Shown here piece after piece: positions 28,451 through 38,170 of a DNA stretch of 64,000 nt (positions within the stretch are counted from its first letter, which is position 1; each line of letters starts with the position of its first letter). A program made the position numbers and the translations under genes. The notes below the pieces were generated by a model, which searched no databases, was not told where the DNA came from, and worked only from the letters and a program-made list of their open reading frames with translations. The stretch is from positions 1,681,533 through 1,745,532 of the forward strand of contig OY969726.1 in assembly GCA_963702215.1 (NCBI GenBank). The letters are read 5' to 3'. The DNA comes from an uncultured Bacteroidota bacterium (GTDB taxonomy: Bacteria > Bacteroidota > Ignavibacteria > Palsa-1295).

Positions 28451-29140
28451 ATGGTTCTTGGAATAACCATGAATTCGAACAATGCTATGAAATCGGGCTG
28501 GCGCCGCGAGTGGCTGCTTGCCATCATTCTCGTCGCGCCGTTCATTGCCCTCGCAATCGTCTGGCCCTCACTGCCAGCGCGGGTACCCACGCACTTCGGG
28601 CTACGGGGAAATGTGAATCATTATAGCGGCCCTTCCGGACTCCTGATCCTGCCGGTGATAAATGTGCTGGTCGCCGCTATTCTCTATTTTATTCCACGTC
28701 TCGATCCGAAGCAAGAGAATATCCTTCATTCCATGCCCGCGTATCGCTGGATTCGATTCTGGCTCGCCGCATTCTTCACCTATATTTTTGCCCTAACGCT
28801 CGACAAGACGTTCAATCCGGCGATCGAGATAGGGCTGTCCATTTCGCTGGGATTGTTCGCATTATTTTTTTCACTCGGTCTCCTAATGCCGAAGTTGAAG
28901 CAGAACTATATGATTGGCATTCGGCTCCCATGGACGCTCGAAAGCGAGGACAATTGGAACCGCACCCACGCTTTCGCCGGCAAATTATGGATGTGGGGTT
29001 CCCTGATTGGAATCGTTCTCGTACTAATTTTTCAGTCCGATGGGCTCTTCATCGCATTCGGAACTGTGATCGCGCTGATCGTTTGGACCATCGTCTATTC
29101 CTATCGGATTTTCAAACGCCAGAGGGAGCATTCCAATTAA
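28451..29140 (+). CDS. DUF1648 / SdpI-YhfL family membrane protein
   Basis: '…PARVPTHFGLRGNVNHYSG…' (DUF1648) followed by an SdpI-like 4-TM region. Confidence 0.6.
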   Translation: MVLGITMNSNNAMKSGWRREWLLAIILVAPFIALAIVWPSLPARVPTHFGLRGNVNHYSGPSGLLILPVINVLVAAILYFIPRLDPKQENILHSMPAYRWIRFWLAAFFTYIFALTLDKTFNPAIEIGLSISLGLFALFFSLGLLMPKLKQNYMIGIRLPWTLESEDNWNRTHAFAGKLWMWGSLIGIVLVLIFQSDGLFIAFGTVIALIVWTIVYSYRIFKRQREHSN

Positions 29141-29232
29141 CGATCCGATTCCTGCTTCCTGACGGCTGAGTTCGCCGCAAATCCCGGCATGGAAAATGAT
29201 GAGGCATTCGTCCTCATTAATTCTACTTTTCC

Positions 29233-30066
29233 ATGAAAGCAATCCTTAGTGCAGTTTTTTTCGCACTCGTGTCTGTTTTTGCGCTCAACCGTGCGTACGG
29301 CCAAACGAGCAATACCGAACCGATCATAGTCGGTGTCGAGGCCGGCACGAATTACACGCCTTGGCAGCACGCAGCCCCGAATTATTTCTCAACGGTTTAT
29401 CCGTACCCACCCGGCGCAGACACGGTGCAAATTCCCTTTCATTCCGGCGCGAAAGCGCTCTTCGGTTTTTACGCGGCGCTCTCCGGTAATTTCTTTCTCA
29501 ATTCGCACTGGTCCGTGCTCGCAAAATTCGGCTATTCGGAATGGCGCGGGGAGTGGAACTCGACGGAGCCGGTGGATTTCGATACGAACGGCGTGGCCGG
29601 GACAATTCCCGTTTCGAGCGATCTTGTCTTCATGCTTCGCACGGTAGCGCTCGAAGGGTACTTGGAATATCATTTCTGTGGAACGAAGGGATTTTATCTT
29701 GGCGCTGGCGTTGCGGTGCGGGCGCTGGCATCTAGCCATTACGATCTCGACCGCTCCATTACCGGCGGCCCGGCAAACCTGAGCTTTGTCGATTTTTCGA
29801 CCGGAACCGGGACCGGCAGTCGATCCTATTCCATCGGCGGGGATCAACCGATTACTACCTCAATTGCGGATGCGAAGCTGCTTGCCGGAATTCCCATCCC
29901 GCTTTCAGACCGCTGGAGTTTATGTCCCGAACTCGCATTCGATCTGCCGCTCGGAAGCATCTGGACCTCCGCGAAACAAGCCGAATATGACGCAAGCACC
30001 TACGGGAATTCGCCGGAACCGATTGCCATTACGGGTATCATTGCGCTGCGCTATCAGGCGCAGTAG
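29233..30066 (+). CDS. outer-membrane beta-barrel (porin-like) hypothetical protein
   Basis: Signal peptide, alternating amphipathic strands, and a C-terminal '…ALRYQAQ'. Confidence 0.5.
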   Translation: MKAILSAVFFALVSVFALNRAYGQTSNTEPIIVGVEAGTNYTPWQHAAPNYFSTVYPYPPGADTVQIPFHSGAKALFGFYAALSGNFFLNSHWSVLAKFGYSEWRGEWNSTEPVDFDTNGVAGTIPVSSDLVFMLRTVALEGYLEYHFCGTKGFYLGAGVAVRALASSHYDLDRSITGGPANLSFVDFSTGTGTGSRSYSIGGDQPITTSIADAKLLAGIPIPLSDRWSLCPELAFDLPLGSIWTSAKQAEYDASTYGNSPEPIAITGIIALRYQAQ

Positions 30067-30088
30067 CAAATTCAATGTTGTTTGGAGG

Positions 30089-30160
30089 GAGGAATCTTCG
30101 GTATTTTCGGCAAAACTCGAAGATTCCTCGACTCCGCTCATTCCGGCTTTCGCCGGAATG
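30089..30160. terminator. two stem-loops between convergent genes (GAGGAATCTTCG-N17-CGAAGATTCCTC; CATTCCGGC-TTTC-GCCGGAATG)
   Basis: Perfect 12-bp and 9-bp inverted repeats. Neither has a strong U-tract, so the terminator role is inferred from position only. Confidence 0.4.
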
Positions 30161-30267
30161 AACTCCGCTCGGAATGACAATAAGACTTTTCGGGGATCAC
30201 TGCTCTTCGTTCCGTGATGCCTCCTCGCAATGACGTAGAAAAGTCGGTAGCCGGTTAAATCCGCCTT

Positions 30268-31056
30268 CTACCACCCCCGGTGCCGAAGCCAGATCGCGTA
30301 TTGCGTGGGCGTCAGGATCACTTGTATGGTAAGGGTTAGTTCCGTCCGGCACGTTGCCAGATCGTTGAAGAAGGCGGTGCGGAGCGGCAGCGTCGCACTT
30401 TCGTAAAACGCTATAGCAGAATCGAGTTCGATGCGCGCACTATCGCGAGTAATCGTGCCCGAATCCATCGAGGCGACAATTGCGGCGCGCTGCACGCGGA
30501 ACGTATCGCGATAGGGTGCCAGCCGGACGGCGAACGAATCAATTGCGGGCGTTGCGCAATCTAAGAATGAGATCATGGCGGTATCGATCTCGCTCTTCTC
30601 GATCTCGGTCAATCTGAGCGAATCAGTCCAGTCCTCCTCGTGATCGCTGATATAGACGCCATGATTGTGCTTGGAACCCTTCACGAATTCGTGGATGTGG
30701 TTGTGATCGCCGTAACCGTGGCCATTCTTTACATACTGCACGATGAACTTGTAGTGGGGATCGTTATCGCCGTCATTCGCATCGTGGAGCGACTTGAGAT
30801 AATCCTGCTCATCCAAGAAGAAGGAGTAATCGACATCGTCCTCTGTGTCATTCAGGATGTAGAAGTCATCGGCATCGCCATTCGGCGGGAGCGTGAAGAA
30901 CTCGTCCAGCGTGATGGTGTTCGTGGTTGTAGCTGTTGCGGGTTGTGTTGGATATTTCGTAGCGCACGAAGAGAGTGTGATCGCGGCAAAGGCAACCGCG
31001 AAAAGCGCGACGGAAGAATAGCCCGCGCGCTTATGGATGAGTAACTGTGATCGCAT
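30268..31056 (-). CDS. lipoprotein with a His-rich motif
   Basis: The lipobox 'LSSC' follows a signal peptide. The protein contains 'NGHGYGDHNHIHEFVKGSKHNHG', a possible metal-binding segment. Confidence 0.5.
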   Translation of the reverse strand: MRSQLLIHKRAGYSSVALFAVAFAAITLSSCATKYPTQPATATTTNTITLDEFFTLPPNGDADDFYILNDTEDDVDYSFFLDEQDYLKSLHDANDGDNDPHYKFIVQYVKNGHGYGDHNHIHEFVKGSKHNHGVYISDHEEDWTDSLRLTEIEKSEIDTAMISFLDCATPAIDSFAVRLAPYRDTFRVQRAAIVASMDSGTITRDSARIELDSAIAFYESATLPLRTAFFNDLATCRTELTLTIQVILTPTQYAIWLRHRGW

Positions 31057-31166
31057 AAGAGTGAGTGTTCGTTAATATTCCGCCTGTTTTTTTAGATTCA
31101 TTCGGCGGCCGGCGGGGAGCAGTGCAAGTAGCGTACCGTTGGCCAGAAAGTCCGTATTTTGTACAG

Positions 31167-31514
31167 ATGAAACTACCGAATGCAGAGCAAGCCATAGTCA
31201 TGCTTGAGAAACTTGAAGGTTATTGCCTTAATCCGGGACACGAGAAAGGCAAGCACAAGGCCCGGGTCTTTTGGCGAGCACTCGGGATTGGCCGGGAGCA
31301 CTCATTGCTGTTGAGAACGGTTCTCCTCGAACGTGCCGTGACCGCAGATGCGATCAAGATCGAGTCGAACAGATTCGGAGATCATTATTTCGTTGATTTC
31401 ATCTTGGAACACGAGGGTAAAAAGGCGGAGATTCGTAGTAAATGGACTGTTCGAACAGGTGAGAATTTTCGTCGGCTTGGAAGCTGTTACGTTAAGAGAA
31501 GGATAAAGGAATAG
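31167..31514 (+). CDS. DUF6883-like protein (upstream partner of a two-gene module)
   Basis: '…KLEGYCLNPGHEKGKHKARVF…GDHYFVDFILEHEGKKAEIRSKWTVRTGENFRRL…'. The family assignment is from memory. The start was chosen at MKLPNAEQ; the ORF extends to 31065. Confidence 0.5.
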   Translation: MKLPNAEQAIVMLEKLEGYCLNPGHEKGKHKARVFWRALGIGREHSLLLRTVLLERAVTADAIKIESNRFGDHYFVDFILEHEGKKAEIRSKWTVRTGENFRRLGSCYVKRRIKE

Positions 31515-31516
31515 AT

Positions 31517-31741
31517 ATGGTGGAAAATCTAAAATTGCTGGATGTCGTCGCATTGTTGGAAGACGTTCCCGAACTCAAGCTCCACCGCGGAGAAGTTGGA
31601 ACCATTGTGGAAGAATTCGAGGACGGTTCGGTTGAAGTCGAGTTTGCAGACAAGCGAGGCGTGGCATACGCTTTCGCGGATTTACCAAAGAGCAAGCTCT
31701 TGGCGCTTCATACGGTAGATGTGGCGGAAGAGGTAGCGTGA
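31517..31741 (+). CDS. DUF4926 domain protein
   Basis: 74 aa with 'LLDVVALLEDVPELKLHRGEVGTIVEEFEDGSVEVEF', the characteristic DUF4926 architecture. It starts 2 nt after the upstream stop. Confidence 0.65.
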   Translation: MVENLKLLDVVALLEDVPELKLHRGEVGTIVEEFEDGSVEVEFADKRGVAYAFADLPKSKLLALHTVDVAEEVA

Positions 31742-31962
31742 ATACCTCAATCAATGAATTAGACGTGGTAGCACTCCTGGAAGATATTCCAGAGGACAAA
31801 CTTGTTCGCGGGGATGTTGGAACTATTGTGGACGATTCCGGAACGGGCCTCTATCTCGTCGAATTCGCCGACCGGTACGGACAAACCTACGCGATGCCTG
31901 CCTTGCGCGCGGAACAGTTCCTTGTGCTGGATCACATCGATAATGAGAAGGTGGAAGTGTAA
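31738..31962 (+). CDS. DUF4926 domain protein (tandem paralog)
   Basis: 74 aa with 'ELDVVALLEDIPEDKLVRGDVGTIVDD…YLVEF'. The GTG start has a GTGA overlap with the previous stop. Confidence 0.65.
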   Translation: MNTSINELDVVALLEDIPEDKLVRGDVGTIVDDSGTGLYLVEFADRYGQTYAMPALRAEQFLVLDHIDNEKVEV

Positions 31963-32451
31963 AATTTACTTCAACCTATGGAATGGATGAAAGTTTGTAA
32001 GGGTGACTAAGATTCAAGGTCTCAATCCAGATTCTAATATGGCTCTGTATTTGATAGTAACAGAAGGCGAAAACGTATATCACGAAGTGGTGCCGTTGAC
32101 TGCGGGGTGGATAGTGCAGCGCGCGTTTCCGTTTCGAAGACTTAGACGCCCTTATTTGTGGATGATGCTGAACGAGCCTCTTCAAGGTTCAGCATCAATA
32201 TTTAAGGCCGGTCGCTGGAAAGAATCTTTGTGCTGTCCCGTGAGATGAATCGCGGACTGCATCTGTTGAGATCGTTTCCCATCGAAGTGGAAGCGTGGGT
32301 GCAAACTAATCCCAATGCCTTATTAGACGATTTGCTCGAAACCAAACTTTGCTTGGTGTCGGGATGCTGACTAACAGGGCAGATGATGTTTCTTCAATGA
32401 GGAGTTGGCTAGAAAAGCACTCTTATTGAGTTAGCACAGGTTTTCCTCCAA

Positions 32452-34182
32452 TCAATTCTTCGAACTGATTTCCGTTCGAATAAGCTTTCCATTCGTCGGA
32501 ATCCGCCTATTCACCGTCCCATTCCGATGACCCTCCATCATCTCCCGCTGCTCCTGATGCAGCAAACTCGCCCGCACAAATTCGCGGAAGATGGGATGCG
32601 CCTTCGTGGCGCGGCTTTTTAGTTCCGGATGGAACTGCACGCCAATGAAGAAGGGATGCGCTTCGCGTTCCAATTCGATGATTTCCACCAAGTTCCCATC
32701 CGGCGAAACGCCGCTCATCACCATACCTTTGTCCGAGAGCAGGGCGCGGTAAGCATTGTTCACTTCATAGCGATGCCGATGCCGCTCGGTGATAAATTGA
32801 TCGCGGTAGGCGCGGTTGGCGATCGAGCCGCGCTTGAGGATGCACGGATAACTTCCCAGCCGCATCGTCGCGCCTTTGGTTTGCACTTGCTTTTGTTCCG
32901 GCATGAGGTCGATGACGGCGTTCGGCGTTTTCTTGAACTCGCTGGAATTCGCATCCTTCAGTCCGCACACATTCCGCGCATATTCTATGACAGCGCATTG
33001 CATTCCGAGGCAAATCCCGAAGAAGGGAATTTTCTTTTTGCGCACGTATTCGAGCGCCTTGATTTTTCCTTCCACGCCACGGGAACCAAATCCCGGAGCA
33101 ATGAGCACGCCATCGATTCCCTCGAAATAGGAGTCGATCTTCTGTTTGGATTCCAGTTCTTCGGAATTGATCCAGACGACCTCTACTTTCGCATCGTTCT
33201 CCGCTCCGGCATGGACAAACGCCTCACTGATGGATTTATACGCATCCTGAAGCTGAATATACTTCCCAATCATCCCGATGCGCACCGATTTTTTCGGATG
33301 CTTTACGCGCTCGACAAACTTTCGCCATTTGGCGAGATCGCGCTTCGCCGTCGTTGGCAAGCCAAGCTTCTCAAGCACGATCCCATCGACATTCTCATCG
33401 GCGAAGGTAAGCGGAACTTCGTAAATCGTTGGCGCATCGCGCGCTTCGATGACGGCGCGCGTTTCGACGTTGCAGAACAGCCCGATCTTCTCGCGAATCG
33501 CTTTCGAAAGCGGCTGCTCGCTACGGCAAACAAGCACGTCCGGCTGAATCCCGATTTCGAGGAGCGTCTTTACCGAATGCTGCGTCGGCTTTGTTTTCAG
33601 TTCCCCCGCGCTCGCGATGTAGGGAACATAGGAAAGATGAATCGTGATGCAATTCTTCTTCCCAACTTTCATCATGAGCTGGCGAATCGCTTCTAAGAAC
33701 GGCAGCGATTCAATATCGCCTACCGTCCCGCCGATTTCGCTGATGATGACATCGAAATCGCCGGACTTCGCAAGCTGCGTCATGCGGCGGCGGATTTCAT
33801 CCGTGATGTGGGGAACTACTTGCACGGTCGCGCCCAAGTAATCGCCGCGCCGCTCCCGCTGGATGACTTCGTTATAGACCTGCCCGGTCGTCGTGTTGTT
33901 GGCGCGGGTCATGTTCACATCGAGGAACCGCTCGTAGTGGCCAAGATCGAGGTCGGTCTCCGCGCCATCCTCCGTCACATACACTTCGCCATGCTGGTAC
34001 GGCGACATGGTTCCCGGATCGACATTGATATAGGGATCGAATTTCTGCACCGTCACGCGCAGACCGCGTGATTTCAGCAACAGACCGAGAGAAGAGGAGA
34101 CGATTCCCTTTCCGAGTGAGGAGACCACCCCGCCCGTAATAAATATAAACTTTGTCTGCTTCTTCGCCTTTGCTTTCGCCAC
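32452..34182 (-). CDS. pyrG: CTP synthase
   Basis: 576 aa with an N-terminal synthetase domain ([13 protein letters not shown]) and a C-terminal GATase domain (…GICLGMQ…). Confidence 0.95.
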   Translation of the reverse strand: MAKAKAKKQTKFIFITGGVVSSLGKGIVSSSLGLLLKSRGLRVTVQKFDPYINVDPGTMSPYQHGEVYVTEDGAETDLDLGHYERFLDVNMTRANNTTTGQVYNEVIQRERRGDYLGATVQVVPHITDEIRRRMTQLAKSGDFDVIISEIGGTVGDIESLPFLEAIRQLMMKVGKKNCITIHLSYVPYIASAGELKTKPTQHSVKTLLEIGIQPDVLVCRSEQPLSKAIREKIGLFCNVETRAVIEARDAPTIYEVPLTFADENVDGIVLEKLGLPTTAKRDLAKWRKFVERVKHPKKSVRIGMIGKYIQLQDAYKSISEAFVHAGAENDAKVEVVWINSEELESKQKIDSYFEGIDGVLIAPGFGSRGVEGKIKALEYVRKKKIPFFGICLGMQCAVIEYARNVCGLKDANSSEFKKTPNAVIDLMPEQKQVQTKGATMRLGSYPCILKRGSIANRAYRDQFITERHRHRYEVNNAYRALLSDKGMVMSGVSPDGNLVEIIELEREAHPFFIGVQFHPELKSRATKAHPIFREFVRASLLHQEQREMMEGHRNGTVNRRIPTNGKLIRTEISSKN

Positions 34183-34292
34183 TCTAAATTACAAAATTAC
34201 GACCGCACACACGATTGCGCGTCCACGATTGACCGGGACGTGAACGCGGAAAATGGGAAGTAGGTGCGCGAGGGGCAAATTATGTCGTAAAT

Positions 34293-34635
34293 TTGTGTCG
34301 CCTGATGGTGATTTCAAAAGACGCGACGATTCCCGTTGAGAAAATTCGAGACTATCTCCTGAAATGGATCGAGAAGGATGATAAGTCCGGATATTTGAAA
34401 CACGCGGGATATTCTAGTGAGAATTACCAGCAATTAATCGATGATATTCGGGAGCAACTTCTGCCGGCCGAGGCCGTGTTGCAGGAACAAAGGCAGGATG
34501 GAGATCTGTATAGAATTCGAGGCCGCCTTCGAGGACCAAAACGGCCGGGAACTTCCAGTAAGAACCGTTTGGCTTGCGAGCGAAGGAGCTAAACCACCTT
34601 TTATCACGCTTGTACCGGATAAGGAGAGAGGATAA
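34293..34635 (+). pseudogene. DUF6883-like gene disrupted by a single-base frameshift near 34520
   Basis: The N-terminal frame (34293..) reads '…IPVEKIRDYLLKWIEKDDKSGYLKHAGY…QDGDLYRI'. The conserved C-terminal block '…EFEAAFEDQNGRELPVRTVWLASEGAKPPFITLVP' is in the +1 frame (ORF 34441..34635). Both halves align to the intact copy at 31167..31514. Confidence 0.5.
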
Positions 34636-34880
34636 TGACCTACGAACTCTACTCACAAATTGCACTTACAGGGGAGATCCCGGAGCACGGCCTCAGGCGT
34701 GGCGATATTGCTCGTGTGGTCGAAAAAATCCCGCCGGAAAGTTCCGATCCCACATCCTATGTGCTTGAAGTGTCTAACGCACTCGGTGAGTCCATGAACG
34801 TCATCATCGTGAAAGCCAACCAGATTGAGCCGCTGCAAAACGACGAGTATTTCTCCGTGCGGCACATGGAGGCCGCGTAG
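34635..34880 (+). CDS. DUF4926 domain protein
   Basis: 81 aa with 'IALTGEIPEHGLRRGDIARVVE…YVLEV'. TAATG overlap with the upstream partner, and an AAGGAGAGAGG Shine-Dalgarno. Confidence 0.6.
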   Translation: MTYELYSQIALTGEIPEHGLRRGDIARVVEKIPPESSDPTSYVLEVSNALGESMNVIIVKANQIEPLQNDEYFSVRHMEAA

Positions 34881-34971
34881 ACCCGTTGCGCGGTACATTC
34901 GGGAAGGAATTCGGCTGGATGCGTGGAGGTAACATTACTTAGGGCGCCGAAGAATAGGAAGTATTTAACTT

Positions 34972-35382
34972 ATGAAATTCTTAGTGATGGTTGCAACCCC
35001 GTTGGCGTATTTGGTGATGTTATCATCGCCCGTCATGTCCCAAACTATTCGGGATGCCCATTACAATGTCGAATTTCAAGTGAGCATAGACGGGACGGTG
35101 AAGGACGCCCATTACAACAGCTACTGGCATATCAAGTCGGACGGAACTATTCGGGATGCCCATTATAATACGATTGGTTACCTCAAGAATGGCGTGGTTG
35201 AAGATTCCCATTATAACACGCTCGGCCACGTAAAAACGAATGGCGACGTTCTGGATGCCCATTACAATACGATTGGTCATCTTAAAGACGATGGGACGGT
35301 TCTCGATGCGCACTACAACACCATCGCGCACGCGCCCGGGATTCGAAAGGAATGGACCGCCGCCCTTCTTTTCTTTTTCTGA
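34972..35382 (+). CDS. secreted protein with six tandem ~17-aa 'DAHYN' repeats
   Basis: Signal peptide (MKFLVMVATPLAYLVMLSSPVMSQ) followed by the repeat DAHYN(x)2(IG/..)(x)3-4(D/N)G(T/V)(V/I)x, six times. It lies in a locally lower-GC region. Confidence 0.55.
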   Translation: MKFLVMVATPLAYLVMLSSPVMSQTIRDAHYNVEFQVSIDGTVKDAHYNSYWHIKSDGTIRDAHYNTIGYLKNGVVEDSHYNTLGHVKTNGDVLDAHYNTIGHLKDDGTVLDAHYNTIAHAPGIRKEWTAALLFFF

Positions 35383-35530
35383 ATCTAAAACTCGTTTTTT
35401 CCTTCCCCCGGAGAATGTGTCGCCGTCGCGCGAGCGCACATAGTTCCCGGTATTGAGGGCGAAATCTTTATTCCGCCCGGCAGGTTCGCAAGCTGGCGGG
35501 TGTGGTGCCCGCCGAGGGTTTTTACAACAC

Positions 35531-35568
35531 AAGCTCCGTTTGCTATGCAGGCGGAGCTTTTTATTTTT
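35531..35568 (+). terminator. rho-independent terminator
   Basis: AAGCTCCG-N12-CGGAGCTT followed by TTTATTTTT. A second GGCGGG-N7-CCCGCC hairpin lies just upstream. Confidence 0.55.
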
Positions 35569-35571
35569 ACA

Positions 35572-36123
35572 ATGAATACAACAGAAAATATCGTTGAGAC
35601 TTACTATCGGGTCTGCCGAAAGTGCTTTACAATGCAAGACATTAAGGTTCTCGGCGGTAATAATCGGCAATTCGATCTTCTGGCGTTTAGCGTCATTGAC
35701 CAAACAGCATTTCATGTCGAATCGTCCATCTCGATAACCGACGCTCGACCACTTCGAATGAAAGATGAATTAGGAGTAATTGAATCCCTGAAAAAGAAAT
35801 TTTTTGGAGACCCACCAATTCGCCAAGGAGCTCGGACGGATCACGCTAGGGGAATTAATTACGGAGATAAAATTGACTACATGTACAAATCCTTAGGTCT
35901 TAACCCGCAGAAGATCGAGAGAGTCTGTTGCAGGTGGGCTTTTTACGATGAAAATGAGAAGTTAAAGTCCTTTCTCAACACTAATAAAATAATTCAATTG
36001 AGTTTTAGGGACACAGTTCTTCCCGAATTGGAGCAGACCCTTACAACTGCTCACTACGAGAATGATGGCATGAGAACAATAAGTTTGATTCGCGAGTATA
36101 GGCGCCAAACAACCACGGCATGA
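35572..36123 (+). CDS. hypothetical protein (low-GC island)
   Basis: Start MNTTENIV, immediately after the terminator. The upstream part of ORF 35500.. spans that terminator and is rejected. No confident family. A speculative PD-(D/E)xK nuclease resemblance rests on 'FDLLAF…HVESS' and is weak. Confidence 0.45.
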   Translation: MNTTENIVETYYRVCRKCFTMQDIKVLGGNNRQFDLLAFSVIDQTAFHVESSISITDARPLRMKDELGVIESLKKKFFGDPPIRQGARTDHARGINYGDKIDYMYKSLGLNPQKIERVCCRWAFYDENEKLKSFLNTNKIIQLSFRDTVLPELEQTLTTAHYENDGMRTISLIREYRRQTTTA

Positions 36124-36658
36124 TTTTTTTGAGCGGGTTTTTATTTCGTATTTTTGTGATATGAAAAAGACCAAGGGAGTCGAACCAAAATTGAGGAACC
36201 CAAATTCGCTTACGATTTGGCGAATTGGCCGAACTATAGTCCTGAAGGAACTGCACAAAAAAGTGCCGACCTGCAGGCCGATTCGTCGGTTTATTGATTG
36301 CCCGGGGATCGGAAAATTGAAGGTTGTGTCCTCGTCCTATCGTAAGCCCGATAAAAGCACACCATGCTGGCATTGGGGCTGGGGCCTCGTTCGAAAAAAA
36401 GAGAAAATCGCCTTCACACACGTTGTGTGCGTTGCACTCGACAAAAAAAAACAAAGTGCACAATTATTATATTATTAACCGAGCCGATGTTAATGCCTTT
36501 CCCCAATGGCCGCGCCATTACAGCGAAAAGCATTCCCTGATTATCGCCGACGGAACTAAACCTTGCGCAACCGAATACGATGAGCTTGCACGGACCAAAG
36601 TGAAGAATGCAAAGCCTGGAACTCTTTTTCAGACATTCAAAAATTTGGAGGCACAATC

Positions 36659-38170
36659 ATGAAAAATGCTATAAAACTGATGGTGGGAACACTTGCCTTG
36701 TTTCTAGTCGGGATCCTTCTGGGGGGGTGCTACGTCATGCATTTAGGAGAGCATTTCGAAGAACTTAAGAATGCGGAAAGTATTGCGCAATCCAATGACG
36801 TTTCTCATGGCATCCCAGATTTCATTCTAGCCTCAATTGATGACGTAAAAAAAGTAATAAATGAGGACTCTACGGATGGAGAGGCGTGGTACCTATATGC
36901 AAAGATTTCATACCTTAAGTATCTCCAGTGGAATAGTTCCTCTTATAATAATGCCGATCCGTCGGATTTGGTCATCGCGATGCAGAAAGGCGTTGAATAT
37001 TCCCCCGCGCCTTTTTTCCCGTGGAGTCGTCGCGGAGAACTTATTGTCGAAGCGGATAGCCTTTGTAACTATTTAAGCAATAATGATGCCATAAACCCTA
37101 GTATTGGAAGGCTTCTAAGTGATTTGGTACCTAATAATGCTGGACTTTATTTAGGTTTAGGAAGTTGGTGTATGCGTGCCGGTGACACCTCAAACGCCGC
37201 AATGAATTGGGTTCATGCAGCTAATCTTCGCCGCAGTCTGACGAGTGTAACGCCAACGTGCGCCGCAGTGATTGCCGATTATTACATAAATTTGGGAGTT
37301 CGGAACATGCAAGCCGGCGATAGCATGATGTCCTCTCTTGATTTTGATAGTTCGTCAGTGTATTTTGATTTAGTTACAGACAGGAATCAACGTTCGTTGG
37401 TCTACGCGTCCCTTGGGAACGCTAGAGCTGGATTCCATGATTTTGACAGCGCCATTGAAGACTACAGCGAGGCTGTTGGCTTAGATTCCTCAGAAATTAG
37501 TGACCTGCAATATTTAGCTCTCGAATTAGGGCCGGAGGAAAAGAAAGGAATCCAGCGAAGTATGAGCCCCGCATCTATGCAACTTGCCGGAGTACTGCTT
37601 CGCAAATTGCTCTTGCAACAGGATGTGGAAAGTGCAAATTATGACGAAACCGAAAAAGCCCTCATGGCCATCTTCCAATTGCTGAACGATCAAGCGGGAA
37701 TAAAGTCGCTCGTGGTCTACAAGGCAAAGAAGGAGCAAGAGAGGTTGCAAGCTCAGGAGGTGGCGCGTCAAAAAGAGGAGGCCCGGCTTCAAGCAGAGGT
37801 GGCGGAACGTCAAAAAGAGGAGGTGGAGCAGCAAAGGGAGGAGGCCGCGCGTCAAGCTGATGATCGCCGAGCTGATGCGGCTGCACTAAGGATCGAAGGG
37901 CGCCTTAGCGCAGGCCTTATTCAAGAAATTGCGAATAACTTAATGGAGCCAGAGGATGTGATGAAAACCACGTTCAGATTGAATAGCTCATTCGGAACTA
38001 ACTTCAACCCTCAGCTTCTGAACGCGTATGCATACGCCGGAAATAACGCAGCAATAAAAAATTATTTTGCGCAACAATTTAAATCCATCGTCCCTCTCAG
38101 CGATATGCAGATAGGGATTTTAGCCCGATGCCTTAATGTGAGTACCGATGAACTGGGAGCTTTTCGGTAG
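36659..38170 (+). CDS. hypothetical lipoprotein/membrane-anchored protein with a charged coiled-coil (QK/E-rich) segment
   Basis: N-terminal hydrophobic anchor '…LFLVGILLGGCYV'. Central helical repeats, then 'ERLQAQEVARQKEEARLQAEVAERQKEEVEQQREEAARQADDRR'. Confidence 0.5.
   Translation: MKNAIKLMVGTLALFLVGILLGGCYVMHLGEHFEELKNAESIAQSNDVSHGIPDFILASIDDVKKVINEDSTDGEAWYLYAKISYLKYLQWNSSSYNNADPSDLVIAMQKGVEYSPAPFFPWSRRGELIVEADSLCNYLSNNDAINPSIGRLLSDLVPNNAGLYLGLGSWCMRAGDTSNAAMNWVHAANLRRSLTSVTPTCAAVIADYYINLGVRNMQAGDSMMSSLDFDSSSVYFDLVTDRNQRSLVYASLGNARAGFHDFDSAIEDYSEAVGLDSSEISDLQYLALELGPEEKKGIQRSMSPASMQLAGVLLRKLLLQQDVESANYDETEKALMAIFQLLNDQAGIKSLVVYKAKKEQERLQAQEVARQKEEARLQAEVAERQKEEVEQQREEAARQADDRRADAAALRIEGRLSAGLIQEIANNLMEPEDVMKTTFRLNSSFGTNFNPQLLNAYAYAGNNAAIKNYFAQQFKSIVPLSDMQIGILARCLNVSTDELGAFR

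Noticed and set aside
35500-35571. N-terminal extension (MWCPPRVFTTQAPFAMQAELFIFT) of the ORF at 35500..36123
   Set aside because: The extension spans a canonical hairpin plus U-tract terminator (35531-35568). The real start is the ATG at 35572.
36161-36478. 105-aa ORF (MKKTKGVEPKLRNPNSLTIWRIG…) in the low-GC spacer
   Set aside because: Lys/Arg/Cys/Trp-rich composition and no homology features. The region more likely carries the promoter and 5'UTR of the 36659 gene.
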